Shown piece by piece: positions 28,554 to 36,165 of a stretch of 64,000 nucleotides of DNA. Below the pieces are notes generated by a model. The model worked only from the letters and a program-made list of their open reading frames with translations, was not told the origin of the DNA and made no database searches. Position numbers and translations under genes: made by a program. The stretch is from Dehalococcoidia bacterium (GTDB lineage Bacteria > Chloroflexota > Dehalococcoidia > Lucifugimonadales > UBA3495), in NCBI GenBank assembly GCA_964291335.2, contig OZ219748.1, positions 683,711 through 747,710 on the forward strand, given 5' to 3'. How positions within the stretch are numbered: position 1 is the stretch's first letter; each line of letters begins with the position of its first letter.

Positions 28554-29212
28554 TCTGAAGCCTCCCGGTCTGAAAGATAAGGTATTCGCAGTACGCCCTG
28601 CTCCAGGCGCGCGTTGAAAAATCGCGGCGTAGCGGCGCCGTTGTTCCGGGGGGCATAGGTCAAATCCAGCAGCATACTGCCCAGGTCTTCGGTAAGGGGA
28701 ATAGGGGTTTCCGTGCCATCCGGCGCAGAGAACCTGGCCCAGAACTCCCGGCAGCCCAGGTAGGGCGTAGCGAAACAGCGGCCGGCATTCACCCGCCGCC
28801 GGAACTGGTCTCGGTACTTGGCCGGGTCTTCAGCCCCGCTTTTGACTATCACCTGAGCTTTGATGATGTAGGCGACGTCGCGAAGGGCGAGGGTGTGCCT
28901 TTGGGCCCGGTTTCTGCTGTTGGCGGCGTCAAAACCGCCGCCCTCTCGCTGCCACCGGCGCGCCGTCTGGGCAGTCTGACGCGAGTCGATTTCATTGCGG
29001 AGGATGGAGGCGTACCGGATGGGCTTGAGCGCCTGGATTTCCTCCACCTGCCAGGCAAATTCCGGCTTCCAGCAAATCGCTTCCAGTATCCCTTTGGCTG
29101 CCGTCGGCGTCATAACCGGGTAAGAGACCCGCTCAACTTTCATCTCCGGCCTGGTGAAGCAGGCGAAGTCGCCTTCAACTTTCACTGCCAGCGGGGGGTG
29201 TTCATCGGTCAT
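28550..29212 (-). CDS. cas5: Cas5d (Cas5, type I-C; pre-crRNA endoribonuclease)
   Basis: VKVEGDFACFTRPEMKVERVSYPVMTPTAAKGILEAICWKPEF is the typical Cas5d N-terminus. 220 aa. Confidence 0.92.
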   Translation of the reverse strand: MTDEHPPLAVKVEGDFACFTRPEMKVERVSYPVMTPTAAKGILEAICWKPEFAWQVEEIQALKPIRYASILRNEIDSRQTAQTARRWQREGGGFDAANSRNRAQRHTLALRDVAYIIKAQVIVKSGAEDPAKYRDQFRRRVNAGRCFATPYLGCREFWARFSAPDGTETPIPLTEDLGSMLLDLTYAPRNNGAATPRFFNARLEQGVLRIPYLSDREASE

Positions 29213-29218
29213 TTATCC

Positions 29219-29282
29219 CTGCCTCGCCGTTTTATCGACCATTATAAATACAGCTTTTCAATCCTCATCCTGTTGGATGCAC
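29219..29282 (-). ncRNA. Orphan degenerate CRISPR repeat (psi-repeat, 29255-29282) plus adjoining psi-spacer; candidate CreR/CreA-like regulatory mini-CRISPR or Cas5d processing site in the cas5 5' UTR
   Basis: Minus strand reads GTG-CATCC-AACA-GGATG-AGGATTGAAAA; the true repeat reads GTAG-CACCCACCC-GAAA-GGGTGGGTG-AGGATTGAAAC. The psi-repeat keeps a hairpin and 10/11 nt of the post-stem handle, and 12 consecutive nt (29256-29267) are identical to the repeat. No second flanking repeat could be supported. Confidence 0.55.
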
Positions 29283-29288
29283 TAGACA

Positions 29289-29320
29289 GCTGGCCGCCAG
29301 GCCGCGGCCTGGCGGCCAGC
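29289..29320. repeat. Perfect 32-bp GC-rich palindrome in the cas3-cas5 spacer
   Basis: gctggccgccaggccgcggcctggcggccagc is fully self-complementary. No U-tract follows it on the cas strand. Confidence 0.85.
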
Positions 29321-29355
29321 CTCAGCTTCAGCCCCCGACTGGCTGGCGGGCAGCA

Positions 29356-29375
29356 TTCGTTGTATTTATTATGGT
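29356..29375 (+). promoter_or_regulatory. TTC-flanked partial match to the psi-spacer (candidate Cascade operator), overlapping an AT-rich palindromic region 3' of cas3
   Basis: TTC (29356-29358) is followed by GTTGTATTTATTATGGT (29359-29375). This matches the psi-spacer 5' end GCTGTATTTATAATGGT at 15/17 positions. The adjacent 8-2-8 palindrome is atggtaatgtattaccat (29371-29388). Confidence 0.4.
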
Positions 29376-29396
29376 AATGTATTACCATGGGGGAAG

Positions 29397-31583
29397 TCAA
29401 GCGATGAGGGTATCTGGGTCAATCGTCGTTACGCCTCCGATGCCGGTGATTTCGTTGTAGGCGCCGCGCCATTCGTACAGGCCAGGCATAATTTCATCGA
29501 GCAGACCGGCGCGTTCCTTTTCGAGCGCTTCCCTCCGGTAAAGCGATACTGCCCATGGCTGCATCTGTCGCAGCAGGTGGCGGGTGTTCTTGCTGCCTCT
29601 GCGCAGCGCAGCTATCGCGTCGAGTATCTTCGGCCATTCTTCAAGTTTATCAGCGGCCCGGAACGCCGTTTCGCCGGTTACTACTGCGGACACCGTATCA
29701 TCGTCAATCATCTTGAACTGCCGGGCAACTTCGGGGTAGTCGAAGGCTTTGCGTTTTTCCTGCACCTGGCAAGCGTCTGTTGCGACATCCTGGTACAGGC
29801 GGCGGAAATATTCCGCTGCTACGTCGGGGTCGTCAAGGTCATCGTGGCCGGCGTTGAGCATGGCTATGGTTCTCTCTGTTGCTGTCCGGTAGTTGCCAGG
29901 GGGGAACGTTCCCGTCTCGGGTTGGAACACTATAACTCGCCCTTCGTCCAGCGATCCGTTGCGGTTGCAGCGCCCGGCGGCCTGGATGATGCTGTCCATT
30001 GGCCCGATGGCGCGCAATACCATGGGGAAGTCGAGGTCAACGCCCGCCTCAACCACCTGGGTCGAAACTACGCGGCACGGTTCCCCGTTGCCCAGACGTT
30101 GGCGTATCTCAGCGATGACCGCCTCGCGGTGTCGTCCGCACAGCAGGGTTGAGAGATGCAGCGCGGTTTCTTCGTTCAAGGCGGCCAGCAGCGCCAGAGC
30201 GTCCTTTTTGGTGTTCACTACCGCCAGGGCTTGCGGCATCTCGCGCATGCTGGCGGCCACTTCGTCCCATGACGGTCGCGGGTCGGTGCGCCACTCGTAA
30301 CGAACCCTTTTCAAGAGATGAAAGTGCTTCTCCGGCGATGGCACGATGTCATGGGCATTCACATCGGCAAAGGGTTTGATTGCCTGAAACGACGGCTGGG
30401 TGGCGGTGGACAGCACTACACTGGAGCCGTAGTTTTCCGCCAGGTCTCGTAGTCCGTCCAGAATTGGCTCCAGAAGCCTTGGGGGCAACGCCTGGGCTTC
30501 GTCCAGGATGATGACGCTGCGGGTCAGATTATGCAGTTTGCGTGTGGAACTGGTGCGGTTTGAGAAGAGGCTGTTGAAAAGCTGAACGGTGGTGGTAACC
30601 ACCACTGAAGCATCCCAGTTTTCGCTGGCCAGTTTGGCCTGAATCGCTTTCGGGGAGTATTCATCCGGGTCGTCAGTCTCTGCTGACGAGTGATGCTCCA
30701 GCACGGCTGAATCCCCGAGGAATTCCCGGTACACGCTGGCCGTCTGTTGGGTGATGGAGATAAAGGGTACGGCGACAATCACCCGGTCCAGGCCGTGACT
30801 TGCCGCGTGGCGCAGGGCAAAACCCATGCCGGATAAGGTCTTGCCGCCGCCGGTAGGGACGGCCAGGCGGAAAATGCCTGGCGGCCTTTCGGCTGCGGTC
30901 AGGCAGGCGTCGTACACTGCCGAGCGGACTTCGTTGACTGAACTGGTCGCCGCGCCGGTTTGGACCGTTTCCCGATGCCGCTTGCTGAATCTCTGCCACA
31001 GGTCCGCCACCGGTATGCTCGGCCTGCGCTGTGCTGCCTGCTGCGGGTTGAAGTGCGCTTCGGTATCCAGATAGTCGGCGTCCACCAGCGCCGAGAACAC
31101 CATCCTTAGCCACATCTCGGCGCGGTAGGGCGTTGTGCTAACCCATTGCGGTAGCTTTACCGGGGTTTGCGGCTCCAGTTGGGGCATGGCTTGGCGTGCG
31201 CAGGCGATTGCGTTTTCCGTTGCCGGGTTGCTGTCTTTCTCATCGAGCCAACTTTTACAGTGCCTCATCTCCCGCAGGCCGCCGTGATGTCCTTGCACCA
31301 ACAGGGCCAGAGGTTCCAGGTATTGCCAGGCCAGTTTGGCGCCGGCGCCTTTGTGGTCCGGCCCCTGTTGGCGCTCCCCGACAAGATACCGCTGGAACTC
31401 TGGGTTGAACTTGCCCAGGTCATGCCACAAGCCGGCGTAGTACCCGGCGTCGTGGCTGTCAAAGGGTTTGCAGAACTCTCCGGCAATTTTCGCCACCGCA
31501 GTCAGGTGGTCAACCAATCCGTGGCAGATGTTGTCCTCGTTGGCCGAGTGCGCGTAAAATTCGATCATTGTTTCACCCTTCAT
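29397..31583 (-). CDS. cas3: Cas3 helicase-nuclease (HD domain plus DEAD/DEAH helicase)
   Basis: N-terminal HD domain (YAHS..., GLWHDLGKFNPEFQ). Helicase motifs AVPTGGGKTLSG (Walker A), VIILDEAQAL (DEAx) and VVSTQVVEAGVDLDF. An alternative start is MIEFY at 31568. Confidence 0.95.
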   Translation of the reverse strand: MKGETMIEFYAHSANEDNICHGLVDHLTAVAKIAGEFCKPFDSHDAGYYAGLWHDLGKFNPEFQRYLVGERQQGPDHKGAGAKLAWQYLEPLALLVQGHHGGLREMRHCKSWLDEKDSNPATENAIACARQAMPQLEPQTPVKLPQWVSTTPYRAEMWLRMVFSALVDADYLDTEAHFNPQQAAQRRPSIPVADLWQRFSKRHRETVQTGAATSSVNEVRSAVYDACLTAAERPPGIFRLAVPTGGGKTLSGMGFALRHAASHGLDRVIVAVPFISITQQTASVYREFLGDSAVLEHHSSAETDDPDEYSPKAIQAKLASENWDASVVVTTTVQLFNSLFSNRTSSTRKLHNLTRSVIILDEAQALPPRLLEPILDGLRDLAENYGSSVVLSTATQPSFQAIKPFADVNAHDIVPSPEKHFHLLKRVRYEWRTDPRPSWDEVAASMREMPQALAVVNTKKDALALLAALNEETALHLSTLLCGRHREAVIAEIRQRLGNGEPCRVVSTQVVEAGVDLDFPMVLRAIGPMDSIIQAAGRCNRNGSLDEGRVIVFQPETGTFPPGNYRTATERTIAMLNAGHDDLDDPDVAAEYFRRLYQDVATDACQVQEKRKAFDYPEVARQFKMIDDDTVSAVVTGETAFRAADKLEEWPKILDAIAALRRGSKNTRHLLRQMQPWAVSLYRREALEKERAGLLDEIMPGLYEWRGAYNEITGIGGVTTIDPDTLIA

Positions 31584-32152
31584 AAACAGTTATGCGACTT
31601 TGTAGCGGTCGATTGCTACGCCTCAGACGTCTCGTTTTTTTACTCATCGCCGGGTCTCCCTGTTGGTCGTGACAGAAGCGTTCTGTTACGATAGTTTTCG
31701 TAATGTGCGCGGTATAGTCGCAGCTTACGGAAAGCGCCGCTTGCTTGCCGCACACCGCAGCCGGCGCCGGTTTTTGCACGGATTTATTTCCGGTACTCTA
31801 TGGATACCCTGCTGTGAATACAACTTTATCCCGAGCAATCGTATCACGTGTTCGTCCGGGACAGAAAAAGGCCTGCCCCGGATTCTGCCCTTCAGCCTTG
31901 CCCGGAGGGCGCTTTGCGGTTCGGCAATCTGGCCCACTTTTCCGCCGGCTGTTCCGTCCGGCATCTGCTGAAGCAGTTGTTCGGTCGAGAATTAGCCCGC
32001 TTTGGATAGAGTCTAACATCAGGATGCCGCAACTTTGTTTATGGCGTCCGGATAGCATTGCCGGCAGGCTTGGCGGGCTTGCTTTTGTATGGCGGGCCAA
32101 GGTTAAAGCCTGATGGCCCGCTTCGCTGGGCTGGAAAGAGCGGGCTGTCTCT

Positions 32153-33091
32153 ATGGTTGAGGTGGCTATGAGCGAAAAACTGGTTACCGTTACCGGCGCG
32201 GCCGGTTATACCGGCCGCTATGTTGCCCGGCAGCTGCTGAACCTCGGTTATCGGGTTCAGTCCATTACCGGACACCCGGAGCGTCCTGACCCTTTTGCAG
32301 GACAGGTTCCGTTTTTTCCTTTTAATTTTGATAACCCCCCGGCGCTGACCGAACAGCTGCGGGGTACGGATACCCTGGTCAACACCTACTGGATCCGGGT
32401 CAATTACCGAAGGCGCACCCACGAGGAATGCGTTGCCCAAACCAGGGTCATGTTTGACTGCGCCCGGGAGGCCGGGGTGCGCCGCATTGTTCATATTTCA
32501 ATTACCAACCCGGATGCCGGCAGCGATCTCCCCTATTTCCGGGGCAAGGGGCTGCTGGAAGATTATCTCCGGGAGTTACCAGGCGTTTCCCACGCCATTC
32601 TTCGCCCCACTGTCCTTTACAGCCTGGAGGATATTCTGCTGAACAATATTGCCTGGTCAGTTCGGAAATTCCCACTGTTTCTACTGCCCGGCAGCGGGAA
32701 GTACCTGATTCAGCCGGTGTACGTGGCGGACCTGGCAAGCCTGGCGGCAGCGTCGGTGGCCTCGGATGAAAATCAGCTGGTTGACGCGGTGGGGCCGGAG
32801 ATTTATTCCTTTCTGGAACTGGTGAATCTGGTACGGGACAAGGTGGGAACTGGCTGTCTGGTAATGCCGGCGCCGGCCGGGGCTGCTTATCTGGCAGGTC
32901 GGGTGCTGGGCGTGGTGCTGGGGGATATTGTATTGACCCAGGATGAAATCAGCGGACTGAGCCGGGGTCTGCTGGTAAGCACCCTGGGGCATCCGGCGCC
33001 GTGTCCTACCAGGTTGTCGGGGTGGCTGGATGAACACGGCAGGCAATTGGGGCAGCGGTACGCCAGCGAAATCAAGCGGCATTATCACTGA
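32153..33091 (+). CDS. NAD(P)-binding Rossmann protein (NmrA/SDR-atypical family)
   Basis: VTVTGAAGYTGRYVARQLL glycine-rich dinucleotide-binding N-terminus. 312 aa. An alternative ATG is at 32168. Confidence 0.7.
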   Translation: MVEVAMSEKLVTVTGAAGYTGRYVARQLLNLGYRVQSITGHPERPDPFAGQVPFFPFNFDNPPALTEQLRGTDTLVNTYWIRVNYRRRTHEECVAQTRVMFDCAREAGVRRIVHISITNPDAGSDLPYFRGKGLLEDYLRELPGVSHAILRPTVLYSLEDILLNNIAWSVRKFPLFLLPGSGKYLIQPVYVADLASLAAASVASDENQLVDAVGPEIYSFLELVNLVRDKVGTGCLVMPAPAGAAYLAGRVLGVVLGDIVLTQDEISGLSRGLLVSTLGHPAPCPTRLSGWLDEHGRQLGQRYASEIKRHYH

Positions 33092-33098
33092 AGCCGGT

Positions 33099-33512
33099 TC
33101 AGGAGCCCAACAGGAACTCCAGAACCTGTTCCATTTCCTGCCAGTTGACTTCTTCGATGAAGATATGGTCTGCACACCATGCTTTCGGCTCTACTGCTGC
33201 CGGGTCTTTGCCCAGCGCCCTGACCATAGCATTGAATACCGCCCGGTCGGCAGCTTCTGGTACGAACTGACCGTCCCGGATCAGTACGCCATGGTCGTAG
33301 CCCTTTTGGGCAAGGTTGACGATAGCGGTATAACGGCCGTCGGGCAGACCGGGCGGCGCGGTCAGATCCAGTCGGATTCGGCTATAGGAATCATCCTCCT
33401 CACTTTCGTTTTCGAAGTCCTTTTGAGTGTGAGCTGCCCAGTCCTGCCGGTTGTAGATACACCATATCATCCGGTAGTGAGGCCAACGCCAGTCGGCTAC
33501 GGTAAGGGTCAT
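33099..33512 (-). CDS. Hypothetical protein
   Basis: 137-aa ORF convergent with the SDR gene. It has coding-like composition but no recognisable motif. Confidence 0.4.
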   Translation of the reverse strand: MTLTVADWRWPHYRMIWCIYNRQDWAAHTQKDFENESEEDDSYSRIRLDLTAPPGLPDGRYTAIVNLAQKGYDHGVLIRDGQFVPEAADRAVFNAMVRALGKDPAAVEPKAWCADHIFIEEVNWQEMEQVLEFLLGS

Positions 33513-33809
33513 GGTCTTCTCCTTGTCGGCATGGCTGGCGCTGCGGAAGTGTCCAAGGTGAACTGGCCGAAGACCAGCAGCGTGGATGCCAGGCCGTTAT
33601 CGGCGCCGGTATGCCGTCTTCGTTGATGGTTACATCGACCCGGGCGGCGCCGGCTCCAGGGGCGGATTGACTTTAGCGGTTGGCCCGGTCAGGGGTAAAG
33701 AAGCAAGTGTCAGTAGGGTTGTCGGATGCGGTTAAGAGAGTGGGCGGTCAGAGGCGGCGGATTGCCCCCGGTCGGTTCCCGTTATCCGGCCAGAGGCATT
33801 AATCTTCGC

Positions 33810-34619
33810 TTACTCCGCTTCCAGTTCTCTTTCGTCCAGTTGATACCACTCAATCTGTCCATCGTTTACCATGGTCTGAACCTGGTAATCGTTGGTCACA
33901 CTGCCAATCATGGGGGCAGCGGGACAGCCGGTAAGTCGGGTCAGGAAACCGGCGTTGCGGATGGCCCGGCTGGTATCCCGCTCGTCGGCGGTAAAGGAGG
34001 CTTCCGCTGCGATGTAACAGGTCTTTCCCTGTTGATCGATGCACTCCATTACCATGTCAGCGGCGTAAAAGCTGCGCCGCTCGCCGAAGGGGAGTTCAGC
34101 GGCCAAATCCGTCTGGCGCATCATTCGCGCCAAATCCTGGTGCGAGAGTATCCGGACAAAGTCCAGCCCCCGGTCGTCCACGATGTCTTCAAAGTGATCC
34201 CGCAGCAGGCGCCGGGCAACGTTCCCTTTCAGCATTCCCACGTCGGTTTGCAATCGTTTCAAGGTGGCTGCCACGTCCCGGTTTATCACCACCTGCTCTT
34301 CCATGAAGGCGGTAGTTTTCTCCATGAAGGCATTGGTTTTCTCCATGAAGGCGGTGGTTTTCTCCATGAAAGCGGTAGTCTGCTCCATGAAGGCATTGGT
34401 TTTCTCCATGAAAGCGGTAGTCTGCTCCATGAAGGCATTGGTTTTCTCCATGAAAGCGGTGGTTTCTTCGATAAAATTATTAACGTAAGCAACGAAATGG
34501 GCGAATTTTTCGGGCAGCTCAATCAGCTCGTCGCTGAGGATTTCCCGACGCACTTCGGCCCGGAACTCGGGGTCTTCCCGCAGGGTGTGAAGAAACATGG
34601 AGCGGAATTCGGAAGTCAT
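33810..34619 (-). CDS. Hypothetical protein with eight tandem heptads (AFMEKT[T/N]) and a globular C-terminal domain
   Basis: The ATG at 34619 is preceded by AAGGAAAG. The central region reads ETTAFMEKTNAFMEQTTAFMEKTNAFMEQTTAFMEKTTAFMEKTNAFMEKTTAFMEE. The C-terminal ~150 aa resembles a nuclease-like fold (CYIAAEASFTADERD), but this is unproven. Confidence 0.6.
   Translation of the reverse strand: MTSEFRSMFLHTLREDPEFRAEVRREILSDELIELPEKFAHFVAYVNNFIEETTAFMEKTNAFMEQTTAFMEKTNAFMEQTTAFMEKTTAFMEKTNAFMEKTTAFMEEQVVINRDVAATLKRLQTDVGMLKGNVARRLLRDHFEDIVDDRGLDFVRILSHQDLARMMRQTDLAAELPFGERRSFYAADMVMECIDQQGKTCYIAAEASFTADERDTSRAIRNAGFLTRLTGCPAAPMIGSVTNDYQVQTMVNDGQIEWYQLDERELEAE
34301..34468. repeat. Tandem repeat, 8 x 21 bp, in-frame inside the 33810-34619 CDS
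   Basis: Units ccatgaa[g/a]gc[ggt|att][a/g]gt[tt|ct][t/g]ct start at 34301, 34322, 34343, 34364, 34385, 34406, 34427 and 34448. Positions 34364-34405 and 34406-34447 are an exact 42-bp duplication. Confidence 0.9.
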
Positions 34620-34919
34620 TATGCTTTCCTTGAAAGGGTATTGTCTCAATTATACCAGTTTCAGGCCGGCGCAGGGCAGGAAAACTGACCAGGCTTTACC
34701 GGCTGCCAGGTATTCCCCAGGCGCAGGCGGGGAAACCCGGGGCAGTGGCGCCGCGCCGGCCCCGGTGATTGGCTTGCTTGGGAGCTTGCTTTCAGGTTGT
34801 GCGCCAGTCCGCAGCCAGCGCCTTGCTCCCACCAGTAATCCAACGGCTGGAGCGGTTTGGAGGAGGCGCTTGAGCGTGCCATTCCGTCTCCATCAGTCGG
34901 TTTAACCGGGAGGCGGCGG

Positions 34920-35057
34920 TCAGGCTTTACCGATTTTGTTCTTCCTGGTGCCGCAGTGGACGCAGAGGCCTCTGGTGGCGGGGCGGCCGTTCTTCATCAC
35001 AACTTCCTCCAGGTCCCTGGTTTCGGTATGGGTTTTGCACTTGAAGCAGTAAATCAT
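34920..35057 (-). CDS. Small zinc-ribbon protein (DUF5679-like), 45 aa
   Basis: Hand translation gives MIYCFKCKTHTETRDLEEVVMKNGRPATRGLCVHCGTRKNKIGKA, with two CxxC pairs. It is a paralogue of the 57487-57630 gene and is too short for the ORF track. Confidence 0.6.
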   Translation of the reverse strand: MIYCFKCKTHTETRDLEEVVMKNGRPATRGLCVHCGTRKNKIGKA

Positions 35058-35154
35058 AGGGGCTGTGGACATGGGGGGCGCTCCTTGTGTTTAATAATTC
35101 CCCGTTGCTGTTCGGGGCGCTGCCGGAATTGTACCACTGACCGGCGGTTGTGTT

Positions 35155-35337
35155 CTAACGGAAGCAGGGTAGTTGTTTCATTCTCACGGGGCGATACAGT
35201 GGGGGGAACTCGTGCCGCGTCTGGCCGTCCGGTTCAAGCCCGGTACGCTTCTGGTGGCAGCATCCCCATTGCTTGAAGAAAAAGTCGATGCCTTGCGTGA
35301 CGCATTGGTCGCTTATGTCCCGCCCCCACTCTGCCAC
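35155..35337 (-). pseudogene. C-terminal fragment of a phage Gp37/Gp68-type (DUF5131) gene
   Basis: ISDQCVTQGIDFFFKQWG...GLEPDGQTRHEFP matches the conserved C-terminal FFFKQWG...LDGR.W.E.P region of that family. The N-terminal ~200 aa are absent. Confidence 0.5.
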
Positions 35338-35394
35338 GACCGGGCGGGCGTCCGGCCCTGACCCGCCGCCGGCGCGGTGGGTGGGCCGGGTGAA

Positions 35395-36165
35395 CTACAC
35401 GGTAGCAAGTCGCCTAATATCCTGTTTTCCCTTATCACAGAATTCACTCAGCGCCGAATACTGGGTATCTGCGTTGTTTGTAAGGTAACGCCTTTCCCTG
35501 ATGCCCAGCGCCTCCATGTTTTCGTGGACTACCAGACTTATGAATGGCAGTTTGGCTTTCTGAAACTCCAGCAAGGCTATGGCTACATTCTTGGCCTTGT
35601 CATTGCCCAGAACCCCGAACAGATAGAAGTTACGCTGGTTGTGTGTCAGCTGCCAATCCACACCAATCAGGTAGTCCGCAACCGGATACTGGTCGGCAAG
35701 CGGCTGGTATTCCGTCAAGTCGGAGGTAATATATGCTTTCAGGTCATCGTAAAATGCGCTGTGGACAACCTCCCTTCTCCAGAATCGCATATTGCACACT
35801 TTTTGCACACAGCCGGCAAATTGCAGAATGCCCTCTTGCAGCATATTGAGGGGTATGTCCAAATAGAGATTGTCATCGTCGTTCCGGATTCCGTTGTTAA
35901 TCAGAATGCTGTCGAAGACACGACGCCTGGTGTCGGTGTTTATATCGAAGGTGTATGAAAGGCGCATCAGCGTCATTCCGAAATCGCAGACGCGGATATA
36001 ATCTTCACCGCAAGGGCTTTCCTGAAGGTAAATGTCCACCATGTCGGCATCTTCGTGAAGTATGGGAAGGATTAGCTGGTACTTTCCGGGGCGGCGCTCG
36101 TATATATCCAGCACCAAATTTTGCGCCGGCTCAAGGGAAGCTCTGATTTTAGCAAGATCCATCAA
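35395..36165 (-). CDS. Hypothetical protein (256 aa), last gene of the helicase-methylase operon
   Basis: Overlaps the upstream 173-aa ORF by 17 nt. It is visibly more AT-rich than its flanks. I have a faint recollection of DUF1828-type proteins, which I cannot substantiate. Confidence 0.55.
   Translation of the reverse strand: MMDLAKIRASLEPAQNLVLDIYERRPGKYQLILPILHEDADMVDIYLQESPCGEDYIRVCDFGMTLMRLSYTFDINTDTRRRVFDSILINNGIRNDDDNLYLDIPLNMLQEGILQFAGCVQKVCNMRFWRREVVHSAFYDDLKAYITSDLTEYQPLADQYPVADYLIGVDWQLTHNQRNFYLFGVLGNDKAKNVAIALLEFQKAKLPFISLVVHENMEALGIRERRYLTNNADTQYSALSEFCDKGKQDIRRLATV

Noticed and set aside
29171-29204. Possible second psi-repeat (ATGAACACCCCCCGCTGGCAGTGAAAGTTGAAGG, minus strand) inside the first codons of cas5, which would complete a repeat-spacer-repeat unit
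   Set aside because: Similarity to the repeat is patchy (CACCC, GTG, TTGAA) and no hairpin is retained. It would imply a ~50-nt spacer. The sequence is also constrained by conserved Cas5d N-terminal coding, so this is likely chance.
29282-29356. 24-codon ORF (MLPASQSGAEAEAGRQAAAWRPAV) between the putative Cascade target and the psi-repeat, considered as a CreT-like toxin
   Set aside because: It has no Shine-Dalgarno sequence and no rare-codon cluster or other CreT hallmark. The ORF is mostly the translation of the GC palindrome. Unsupported.
31584-32152. Long (570-bp) divergent intergenic region upstream of cas3, searched for a regulator gene, extra psi-repeats or a second match to the psi-spacer
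   Set aside because: Only short chance similarities were found (for example aatacaac). The tracked ORFs here have non-coding-like composition. No supported feature beyond a presumed cas3 promoter that I cannot place.
33513-33809. ~300-bp gap between the 137-aa ORF and the heptad-repeat gene, with overlapping tracked ORFs (33030-33626 plus, 33726-34688 plus)
   Set aside because: The tracked ORFs are antisense or overlapping artefacts with low-complexity composition. No motif, repeat or RNA structure that I could support.
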